Source: a virus (Duplodnaviria > Caudoviricetes). From it: a stretch of DNA of 61,495 nt. Below, piece after piece: positions 9,775 through 16,271 of this stretch (position 1 is its first letter; each line of letters opens with the position of its first letter). The stretch lies in IMG/VR virus record IMGVR_UViG_3300023196_001512, positions 1 to 61,495 of that record, one strand, 5' to 3'. Made by a program: the position numbers and the translations under genes. The notes under the pieces are model-generated. The model saw only the letters and a list, made by a program, of their open reading frames with translations. It was not told the DNA's origin and did not search any database.

Positions 9775-10033
9775 TGTTTCTTATATAACTGTTATAATTG
9801 TCTTTAAATAATTCTCTCAAACCTCTGCCGCTACGACTGTGAAAGCCATAGCTATGAGTTGCTAAAGTTGGTATTGGTTTATCTGCTAACATAAATTCAA
9901 TAACTTGTTTAGCGTCGGTGCTACTTTGGTATAAGTATGCAACTTCTTCTGCTGCTGCAGCAAGAGCGCCTACATCATGCCTAGGCTCATGGCCAAGATC
10001 TTCTATGTATTTTTTTATCTCTTCTGGCTTCAT
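9764..10033 (-). CDS. Hypothetical protein
   Basis: ORF tiles within the minus-strand operon. Confidence 0.65.
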   Translation of the reverse strand: MKPEEIKKYIEDLGHEPRHDVGALAAAAEEVAYLYQSSTDAKQVIEFMLADKPIPTLATHSYGFHSRSGRGLRELFKDNYNSYIRNNGN

Positions 10034-10035
10034 AA

Positions 10036-10290
10036 TTAATCTAATAATACGTAATATGCATCAGTATTGTTCTTTCTGAACCAGTCAAGCCCTTTACGCA
10101 TATCTGTTAATACTTTTTTATTTTTAAGTAAACCCATTTCCATTAGGTTGCTAGCGCCTATTACAAAGTCGTACATGCTTAGCTCTTCAGCTGTAAGTTC
10201 ATAACTTTGCCCGCTAAATGGGTTTGTGACTGTGTCACCTTCATCATATTTTTGGCCGTCAAACCACTTTGGTAATTCTACTTTTGTCAT
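10036..10290 (-). CDS. Conserved phage hypothetical protein
   Basis: V.NPFSG...L, YD...G and C-terminal WF...N..AY.VLLD. Confidence 0.7.
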   Translation of the reverse strand: MTKVELPKWFDGQKYDEGDTVTNPFSGQSYELTAEELSMYDFVIGASNLMEMGLLKNKKVLTDMRKGLDWFRKNNTDAYYVLLD

Positions 10291-10300
10291 AATTTTAGTT

Positions 10301-10906
10301 TTAGTGAAATATTAATCCTACTTTATTTGTTTTGTTAAACCACTTTGTGGCCATTAAATCAATACTAGAAGCGTCAACATAGCCAGTAGATATAAGTTTA
10401 CTATGGCTATGAAAAATACGCGTGTGTCTATCTTTGGTTTCATCTATTAAATGTTTTTGTTTACCTGAGTCGCTGAATATAATATCGTAGTTGTCAGGTA
10501 GATTAGCATTTTTAAGCATTTCTACGCAGTTTGTGTAGCTGTAGAAGCGTACGTGCGGGTTGTGTATAGCAACGGCAAGCCATTTATCAAGATAAGCTTT
10601 TGAATAATAGTCGCCGCTGTCATGCACCCTTACATAATCAGGACGCTTTTTAGCTATTTCCTGATTCATCTTATTAACAAAGTCATCTGTTTTACTGAGT
10701 TGATAACGCTTTTCAAACGCTGGTTGAACGTTTGACCATATATACGCGCCTTTTTTGGCATAACAAAACTTCACGCACGCATCAGCGAACGGGCATGTCA
10801 ACTTACCCGATGCTGATTTGTACGCTGGAATACCAAAATTAAATACTCGTAACCCTAGCGACTTGCTAGTCTTTTTGAGTTTGCTGTTTTGAGTTAGCAA
10901 ATTCAT
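10301..10906 (-). CDS. GP88-like protein (Cys-cluster, radical-SAM-like)
   Basis: TCPFADACVKFCYA.KG, RVHDSGDYYS, FYSYT. Confidence 0.7.
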   Translation of the reverse strand: MNLLTQNSKLKKTSKSLGLRVFNFGIPAYKSASGKLTCPFADACVKFCYAKKGAYIWSNVQPAFEKRYQLSKTDDFVNKMNQEIAKKRPDYVRVHDSGDYYSKAYLDKWLAVAIHNPHVRFYSYTNCVEMLKNANLPDNYDIIFSDSGKQKHLIDETKDRHTRIFHSHSKLISTGYVDASSIDLMATKWFNKTNKVGLIFH

Positions 10907-11139
10907 TTCTCTTCTATTAAGAATTTTTCGCCGTACGACCAGTCGTAGCTAGACATGCTACCAAGAGATATACTTGTAAAATTTATGAGCTCTCTTGCTT
11001 GACCGATTGATAAGTGTGACCACAAATAATTTTCTCTCAATGCTATTTTAATGCCTTTGACCAGCGTAGGATATAATTCTTCTTGCTTGAGTAGCTCTTG
11101 CTTGATCTCTGGTTTTAGTTTGTCATATAATGTGCTCAT
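10903..11139 (-). CDS. Hypothetical protein
   Basis: ORF with ATGA overlap to next gene. Confidence 0.65.
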   Translation of the reverse strand: MSTLYDKLKPEIKQELLKQEELYPTLVKGIKIALRENYLWSHLSIGQARELINFTSISLGSMSSYDWSYGEKFLIEEK

Positions 11140-11140
11140 A

Positions 11141-11512
11141 TTAGTCTTGGTTTAATTGGTTATCATCTTCTTTAATCTCAGCAAACATATTTTCTACATT
11201 TTGCATGATGCTTCTAACTACTTCGTCAGTATTGTCAAAGCAAAAGCTTTCGCAAGTTACTCTGTTGTCGTAGTCAATACCGTAGTCGATACTATAGTTA
11301 TCAAGGTCATCAAAGTCAAAGCCTTCGATAGCTTCTTCAACTAAAAGTTGTAACTTGTCGTACTGTTGTGGTGTTAGTTTAGGTTTGCTTAGATCAGCGT
11401 GCTGCTTTTTATACTGCTCTAGTTGCTCGGTATATTTAGTGATGTCAACGTTGCTGTCAGCAATCATAGACTCTATAGTACCGATCTTTACTTGTAATTC
11501 TTCTTTTGTCAT
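11141..11512 (-). CDS. Acidic hypothetical protein with N-terminal coiled coil
   Basis: First gene downstream of the promoter motif at 11539-11569. Confidence 0.7.
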   Translation of the reverse strand: MTKEELQVKIGTIESMIADSNVDITKYTEQLEQYKKQHADLSKPKLTPQQYDKLQLLVEEAIEGFDFDDLDNYSIDYGIDYDNRVTCESFCFDNTDEVVRSIMQNVENMFAEIKEDDNQLNQD

Positions 11513-11538
11513 ATTGGTTTATTTAATTTGGTTTATAT

Positions 11539-11569
11539 TATTATCTATTGGTAATCGTTTTTAGTTTGT
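11539..11569 (-). promoter_or_regulatory. Early promoter-like motif copy 1 (ACAAA-N6-ACGA-N9-GATAATA)
   Basis: Plus strand reads tattatc-N9-tcgt-N6-tttgt, upstream of a minus-strand gene. Confidence 0.8.
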
Positions 11570-11674
11570 AAATAGCTTTATTAGTCCGGCTATAGTTATA
11601 TAGTATATAAAAGCTGTAAAAAGCAAACCTATCCAACCGGCTATAGCTATCAATATAAGTTTAAACCTGCTCAT
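11561..11674 (-). CDS. Small membrane peptide (37 aa)
   Basis: Hand translation MSRFKLILIAIAGWIGLLFTAFIYYITIAGLIKLFTN. Confidence 0.55.
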   Translation of the reverse strand: MSRFKLILIAIAGWIGLLFTAFIYYITIAGLIKLFTN

Positions 11675-11876
11675 TAAGCGTATTTATTTTATCAAAGTCT
11701 TCTTTTTCATAATAGTAAGCATACAACTGTGCTCTATAATCGTTCACTTTAGCTTGCCAGTAAGTAGCGTCGGTTACAAAACCATACTCTTTATAGTGGC
11801 CGGCTTGCTGTATAGCATGTGACAGTAGCTGCTTAAGTACTCTCTCGCTTTTGTATTGCACTTTTAATTTAGTCAT
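11661..11876 (-). CDS. Hypothetical protein
   Basis: ORF with ATGA overlap. Confidence 0.65.
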   Translation of the reverse strand: MTKLKVQYKSERVLKQLLSHAIQQAGHYKEYGFVTDATYWQAKVNDYRAQLYAYYYEKEDFDKINTLNEQV

Positions 11877-12373
11877 GATAAATTGTATCTGTGTCCGTTA
11901 ACTATTACTTGTACTTCATCGCCAAATGGTAATCTGTTACTTGACTTGTTGTTGTAATCTCTTACATACGCTTCACGTAAACATTTCATAACGTGGTCAC
12001 TCATTGTGTACGTAGTCTTTTGATAGTAGTTCTTGATAATAAACTTAGCTAAGTATATTAGACGCTCTTCCCAACTATCAATCATTATACGCTCTTTGCC
12101 TGTCATACCTGACTCATAAACTACTGGTTTAGTCTTGTTTATTTGATAAGAGCTTGCCAAGCCTTCGGTAACATTACGTACATAACCTGTAGTATACGTA
12201 GCAAAACGTAAAGGTTTAGGGTCTAGTGTTTGCCATACTTGGCTGATTGGTAATTCAAATACTTGCGTACCATTTTCATGTTGACGCTTTGTTGTAATAT
12301 CTTTGATACCTAGTATCTTGAAGATAGTCATTGCCTCGCGGGCAGATGTAATTTCTGTTGACATGTATTCCAT
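11873..12373 (-). CDS. Hypothetical protein
   Basis: 166-aa ORF in early operon. Confidence 0.7.
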   Translation of the reverse strand: MEYMSTEITSAREAMTIFKILGIKDITTKRQHENGTQVFELPISQVWQTLDPKPLRFATYTTGYVRNVTEGLASSYQINKTKPVVYESGMTGKERIMIDSWEERLIYLAKFIIKNYYQKTTYTMSDHVMKCLREAYVRDYNNKSSNRLPFGDEVQVIVNGHRYNLS

Positions 12374-12378
12374 ATTGT

Positions 12379-12591
12379 TTATAATTTAATTTGGTTTATA
12401 GTATGGTCAGAGTGTATCATCCACTCGCAGTCTTTCAGCCTGTGACCTTGATCGATTAGTAATTGTTCTACTTCTTCTGCTTGAGGTTCATCTTTATCTT
12501 TGAACAAATAGTTGTCGCCAACTTCTTGTAGATTGTATTGGTAAATTGCACCGTCGCCAAAGTCTAATACTGTAATGTATGTAAAATCCAT
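12379..12591 (-). CDS. Hypothetical protein
   Basis: First gene after promoter copy 2. Confidence 0.7.
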   Translation of the reverse strand: MDFTYITVLDFGDGAIYQYNLQEVGDNYLFKDKDEPQAEEVEQLLIDQGHRLKDCEWMIHSDHTINQIKL

Positions 12592-12608
12592 AGTTGTTTA
12601 TTTAATTA

Positions 12609-12639
12609 TATTATCTGTTAGTAATCGTTTTTAATTTGT
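12609..12639 (-). promoter_or_regulatory. Early promoter-like motif copy 2
   Basis: tattatc-N9-tcgt-N6-tttgt. Confidence 0.8.
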
Positions 12640-12706
12640 TATAGAAAACGAGGTGGGTGAAACTGGTTAATTTTTATATCACCTTTAGTCCAGACACACT
12701 CGTATA

Positions 12707-12922
12707 TTATCTAAGACACGTGCCGTAACCTTTACGACGACTAGCCTTAGCTACCGCAATTGAAACTGCTTGCGATACTATCTGTATTGTGTTACCTGTT
12801 TTGTGATTAGTGATTGGAGCTGACGCTACACGCTCAATACCACTACAAGATACACATGTTTTATACCCGTACTTTTGTCTTACTGGGTGAACGGGCTCAC
12901 CACACTTACAATAATTTGCCAT
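12707..12922 (-). CDS. C4 zinc-finger protein (DksA/TraR-finger-like)
   Basis: CKCGEPVHPVR......TCVSC. Confidence 0.65.
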   Translation of the reverse strand: MANYCKCGEPVHPVRQKYGYKTCVSCSGIERVASAPITNHKTGNTIQIVSQAVSIAVAKASRRKGYGTCLR

Positions 12923-12945
12923 AGTTAACAGTCTTTTGTCATATA

Positions 12946-12976
12946 TATTATCTGAAGGCAGTCGTATACAATTTGT
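12946..12976 (-). promoter_or_regulatory. Early promoter-like motif copy 3
   Basis: tattatc-N9-tcgt-N6-tttgt. Confidence 0.8.
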
Positions 12977-13002
12977 ATAGTTGTGCCGTGTATAGCAAGC
13001 GA

Positions 13003-13080
13003 CTAGTTGTAGATTTGCCGCTTGAGTGCTACAATAAAGTAATATATTATTAGGTATACAGTTAAGTCTACTGGTGTCAT
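13003..13080 (-). CDS. Micro-peptide, hydrophobic (25 aa)
   Basis: MTPVDLTVYLIIYYFIVALKRQIYN; ATGA overlap with upstream peptide gene. Confidence 0.5.
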   Translation of the reverse strand: MTPVDLTVYLIIYYFIVALKRQIYN

Positions 13081-13166
13081 TTTCTTTGATTTGTTTTAAT
13101 ATCTAAGTATACAAATGTTGAAGCGCATACTAATACAATGAGTGCTATCTTAACGTACTCTATCAT
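13077..13166 (-). CDS. Micro-peptide, hydrophobic (29 aa)
   Basis: MIEYVKIALIVLVCASTFVYLDIKTNQRK; ATGA overlaps at both ends. Confidence 0.55.
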   Translation of the reverse strand: MIEYVKIALIVLVCASTFVYLDIKTNQRK

Positions 13167-13273
13167 TTAAGTAGATTTATAAGTATTAGTGATACAATAC
13201 ACACAAAGCCACCTATCATGGCGATGTTCTCTACAACTTCAAAGAAGTTTGCTTTAGGTTTTCTTAGTTTCAT
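13163..13273 (-). CDS. Micro-peptide, hydrophobic (36 aa)
   Basis: MKLRKPKANFFEVVENIAMIGGFVCIVSLILINLLK; A-rich start context. Confidence 0.55.
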   Translation of the reverse strand: MKLRKPKANFFEVVENIAMIGGFVCIVSLILINLLK

Positions 13274-13284
13274 AATATTATTTT

Positions 13285-13479
13285 TTAGTGTAAGTTATCC
13301 CACACTAGTTCATGTATTAACTCGTAATCTTCATTGAGGTCATCGAGTTGTTCATCAGTCATTTCTTTACCATCATAGTCTGCACTGTCTATAAAGGCAT
13401 CGCAGTAATCTGGGTAGTCCCAGTGGTGAATACCATCTAGTACTACATTGGTAATTTTGGTGTATTCAAATTTAGTCAT
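13285..13479 (-). CDS. Conserved acidic phage hypothetical protein
   Basis: DYPDYCDAFIDSADYDG.EMTDEQLD.LN. Confidence 0.7.
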   Translation of the reverse strand: MTKFEYTKITNVVLDGIHHWDYPDYCDAFIDSADYDGKEMTDEQLDDLNEDYELIHELVWDNLH

Positions 13480-13481
13480 AG

Positions 13482-13715
13482 TTAATCTCCTTGTTCTACT
13501 AGTTTGTTAATGTAATCTTCGTTGTAGTGATTGTACTGTGGTGTGTTGTCGTTCCAGAACCTACATCTATCACTAGTTCTAACGAAATGTTTCTTTAGTT
13601 CTTTATGTATTAGTTCATAGTGAGTGCGACCACGTAAGTACACTTTGTTGTCATCACTCATATCGTGGTGATGGTCGTGGATTTGTATCTGTTCTGATAG
13701 TTCCTGTATAGTCAT
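13482..13715 (-). CDS. Hypothetical protein
   Basis: HD...DMSDD.KVY..G pattern; tiles in operon. Confidence 0.7.
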   Translation of the reverse strand: MTIQELSEQIQIHDHHHDMSDDNKVYLRGRTHYELIHKELKKHFVRTSDRCRFWNDNTPQYNHYNEDYINKLVEQGD

Positions 13716-13716
13716 A

Positions 13717-13848
13717 TTACTTATGCTTTTTAAATATTAGTGCTTTAATTTCTTCTCTTTCTTCGTAGCTACAAGTATCGTAGCCAAACTCGCCGTATAT
13801 TGTTTTAGCGTAATAGTCAGATAGTATGTTAAACTTTTGCTTAGTCAT
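13717..13848 (-). CDS. Small hypothetical protein (43 aa)
   Basis: Hand translation MTKQKFNILSDYYAKTIYGEFGYDTCS...; fills gap exactly. Confidence 0.65.
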   Translation of the reverse strand: MTKQKFNILSDYYAKTIYGEFGYDTCSYEEREEIKALIFKKHK

Positions 13849-13849
13849 A

Positions 13850-14101
13850 TTACTTAGTTTGTAAGCCACCGATGGCTTTGTTTAATGTAATTCTTGATTG
13901 CTTATCGGCGTTCCAGTTTAATTCACTTGCTGAGATGTAGCAATAGCCTTTGTAGTTGAATTGAGAAGATGTAGGTATTTCCTCGTAATTCTTAGGCAAC
14001 TGATGAAGTTGATGAGGTATGTATTTAGTATTGCCGAGTGTAATAATGTTTGTAGAAACATCGAGTTTTAATGTGTGCATGGTATATAATTTTATATTCA
14101 T
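13850..14101 (-). CDS. Hypothetical protein
   Basis: Follows promoter copy 4; true start probably the second Met (MHTLK). Confidence 0.6.
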   Translation of the reverse strand: MNIKLYTMHTLKLDVSTNIITLGNTKYIPHQLHQLPKNYEEIPTSSQFNYKGYCYISASELNWNADKQSRITLNKAIGGLQTK

Positions 14102-14104
14102 TTA

Positions 14105-14135
14105 TATTATCTGTAGGTAGTCGTTTTCAGTTTGT
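14105..14135 (-). promoter_or_regulatory. Early promoter-like motif copy 4
   Basis: tattatc-N9-tcgt-N6-tttgt. Confidence 0.8.
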
Positions 14136-14226
14136 AAAGAGGGTACTATCGTTTATCACTTAAAATATAGGTGTAGGGTATTGTACACTATCTCTCAATG
14201 AGTAATGAAATTACATTTACAAAAGT

Positions 14227-14272
14227 GTGACAGTAGGTAGTTAAACTAATAAGAGTAACTACCTTGTGTCAC
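14227..14272. repeat. Long imperfect inverted repeat GTGACA..AGGTAGTTA-N12-TAACTACCT..TGTCAC
   Basis: Read directly; intergenic. Confidence 0.65.
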
Positions 14273-14277
14273 TGTTT

Positions 14278-14517
14278 TTACTTAGTATCAGACAAGTGTC
14301 GAGCGAAGGCAGGCACCGCGTTACTATTAGTGTAGTTACCGTATTGTTGAAAACAAGGCATCGACTCGAAACGTTCTTGGTAGGTAGAATATACTTCATC
14401 GTGATTATAAGTATGAGTTTCACCTTTTTTGTTAGTGAAGGTGATTATAGTATTTTCACCGATTAGACTTTTTCTGATAACAAATCTTTTTGTAGTAATA
14501 GTGTTTAAATTTGACAT
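14278..14517 (-). CDS. Early hypothetical protein, paralog A
   Basis: 31/37 identical residues to 14662-14895 over the TTKRF...VYS core. Confidence 0.8.
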   Translation of the reverse strand: MSNLNTITTKRFVIRKSLIGENTIITFTNKKGETHTYNHDEVYSTYQERFESMPCFQQYGNYTNSNAVPAFARHLSDTK

Positions 14518-14559
14518 AGTAATTTAATTTTAGTAGTTAATTATTTTTAGTTACAGTTA

Positions 14560-14589
14560 TATTATCTGAATATGTCGTAATAAGTTTGT
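14560..14589 (-). promoter_or_regulatory. Early promoter-like motif copy 5
   Basis: tattatc-N8-tcgt-N6-tttgt. Confidence 0.8.
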
Positions 14590-14609
14590 GCGGTGAGTTG
14601 AAGCAAAAA

Positions 14610-14645
14610 TGCTATACAAGTGCTATACACCGCCCTTGCGGGCGG
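14610..14645 (-). other. GC hairpin CCGCCC-GCAA-GGGCGG followed by two TGTATAGCA direct repeats
   Basis: Stem 14630-14645; repeats 14610-14618 and 14621-14629. Confidence 0.65.
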
Positions 14646-14661
14646 CGATATTAAGCAGAGA

Positions 14662-14895
14662 CTATTTAGTCTCCACTTGGTGTTCTCTTGCCCATGTTGG
14701 TAAGTTGTTACTGTTAGTATAGTTACCATACTTGTGCCAGCAGTCCATGTTACTTAGTTTTTCTTGATTCGCAGAGTACACAGCATCATGGTCATACGTA
14801 TACGTTTCATCTTTCTTGTTAGTGAAAGTGATGATTGTGTTGTTACCAATTAGTGACTTTCTCATTACGAATCTTTTTGTTGTTAGTGTTGACAT
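14662..14895 (-). CDS. Early hypothetical protein, paralog B
   Basis: Paralog of 14278-14517. Confidence 0.8.
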   Translation of the reverse strand: MSTLTTKRFVMRKSLIGNNTIITFTNKKDETYTYDHDAVYSANQEKLSNMDCWHKYGNYTNSNNLPTWAREHQVETK

Positions 14896-14932
14896 AATAT
14901 TTAATTTAAAGTTTATAATTTATTTACAGTAT

Positions 14933-14962
14933 TATTATCGATTAAAGTCGTATTAAGTTTGT
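14933..14962 (-). promoter_or_regulatory. Early promoter-like motif copy 6
   Basis: tattatc-N8-tcgt-N6-tttgt. Confidence 0.8.
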
Positions 14963-14974
14963 GAGCGTGGCGGT

Positions 14975-15003
14975 TGCTATACATAAAGGCGCCCTGGCGG
15001 GCG
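14975..15003 (-). other. GC hairpin CGCCC-GCCA-GGGCG followed by TGTATAGCA
   Basis: Stem 14990-15003; motif 14975-14983. Confidence 0.6.
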
Positions 15004-15032
15004 GCCATTACCTAAAACTTCTATCGTAACTG

Positions 15033-15062
15033 TATTATCAAAACTAGTCGTAGTAAGGTTGT
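15033..15062 (-). promoter_or_regulatory. Early promoter-like motif copy 7
   Basis: tattatc-N8-tcgt-N6-gttgt (one mismatch). Confidence 0.7.
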
Positions 15063-15207
15063 GCTTAGGTAAATGCAAAAACGTAATGCAAAAACGTATA
15101 TAACAAGGCGGGGCTGGGTAAATACATTTGGCTTTGCAAATCGGCGCTATGCTTATATATGTATATGCAGCACTAAACTTCTATACTTCTCATGTGATAA
15201 TATTCGT

Positions 15208-15438
15208 ATGGGTTCACCAATTAAGTTGAAACAAAAGCTATCGCCTAAAGCGGCAGCTGCTAAAAAGGTTAGAGACAAAGCTGCGGCTATGACTCCTAAG
15301 CGTAGAGCTCGTAAAGCAGAGAACCAGCGTATCGGCCAGAGATCAGATTCAGATCTACATCACTCGTCAAGCGGCTTAAAGCGAGTATCAATTAAAAACA
15401 ACCGTGGTAATTTTGGTAACGGTACAAAAACAGAATAA
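15208..15438 (+). CDS. Small basic protein with degenerate HNH-like tail
   Basis: Start reassigned to MGSPIKLK; DLHH...RVS.KNNRG. Confidence 0.65.
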   Translation: MGSPIKLKQKLSPKAAAAKKVRDKAAAMTPKRRARKAENQRIGQRSDSDLHHSSSGLKRVSIKNNRGNFGNGTKTE

Positions 15439-15902
15439 TGAAGAAAGCATCAGGATTTAAAATGAAAAACCCTTCAGTAGCTAAATTAGCCAAGACTGCA
15501 GGCTCACCGATGAAACAAAACCCTTCTTACAAAGAAGCTTTCGATGCCATGACTCCTGTAGCATACGAAAAAGGTGGTAAAACTGAAATTCGCAATAGAG
15601 TTGATAAGTTTGGTAACGTTTATAAGAACAGCCCAGAAGGACTTGCTAACTTCACAAAGGCTGCTAAAGCTTACAATGCTAAGAAGAATCCTCCAAAAGC
15701 AGATCCAAAGCCTAAAGCAGATGTAAAACCTAAGACAGATGCTAAGCCTAAGACAAATACTAAGCCTAAGTCGGAAGTTAAGGCAACTAAAAAGAAGTTT
15801 AGAGATACTAAACTAGGTAAGTTCTTAACTACTAAAAGAGTTAAAGGCGCTAAGAAGAAGACATACAACACGAGACTAAATCAGTTTGTTGTAAAAAAAT
15901 AA
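15438..15902 (+). CDS. Lys-rich basic protein with KPK repeats
   Basis: GFKMKNP, GSPMKQ, repeated KPK(A/T/S) units. Confidence 0.75.
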   Translation: MKKASGFKMKNPSVAKLAKTAGSPMKQNPSYKEAFDAMTPVAYEKGGKTEIRNRVDKFGNVYKNSPEGLANFTKAAKAYNAKKNPPKADPKPKADVKPKTDAKPKTNTKPKSEVKATKKKFRDTKLGKFLTTKRVKGAKKKTYNTRLNQFVVKK

Positions 15903-15944
15903 CGGAAACACCGTTAACCATTAATAACTAAAACCAATTAAACA

Positions 15945-16241
15945 ATGACGTACTTATATTACAAAACTAGTACATGGAGCACAGACGCTTCGAAGACTGA
16001 CGACAAGACCAAAGCCCAATGGGAACACTTGTCTACTAAATCAAACTGGAGAATCACCCAACTACCAAACGGTTACTACCAAACGGAAGTTACTTATCCA
16101 GATAAACCTGACGAATGGGCTGACGTCACTAGACGTGAGACTATGGAAGGTGCTGAGAAAGCAATTGATGGAAGCATCGAACACTTCACTAAAAAACTAG
16201 AGGCTACGAAAGGGCCTAAGGTTGTGAAAACATTTGAATAA
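15945..16241 (+). CDS. Hypothetical protein
   Basis: 98-aa ORF with A-rich start, WRITQLPNGYYQTE. Confidence 0.75.
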   Translation: MTYLYYKTSTWSTDASKTDDKTKAQWEHLSTKSNWRITQLPNGYYQTEVTYPDKPDEWADVTRRETMEGAEKAIDGSIEHFTKKLEATKGPKVVKTFE

Positions 16242-16271
16242 TAATAATTTAATTAAATTTAATATAATACC

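Noticed and set aside
14278-14895. Paralog pair as a diversity-generating retroelement TR/VR
   Set aside because: Differences are not restricted to adenines, both copies are intact genes with promoters, and no reverse transcriptase is present in the window.
11539-15062. Repeated motif as a CRISPR array
   Set aside because: Copies are gapped, degenerate, irregularly spaced and separated by genes.
15073-15207. N-terminal 45 codons of the 121-aa ORF
   Set aside because: Runs through the repeat-containing junction; ATG 15208 gives the SP-x-K leader shared with neighbouring proteins.
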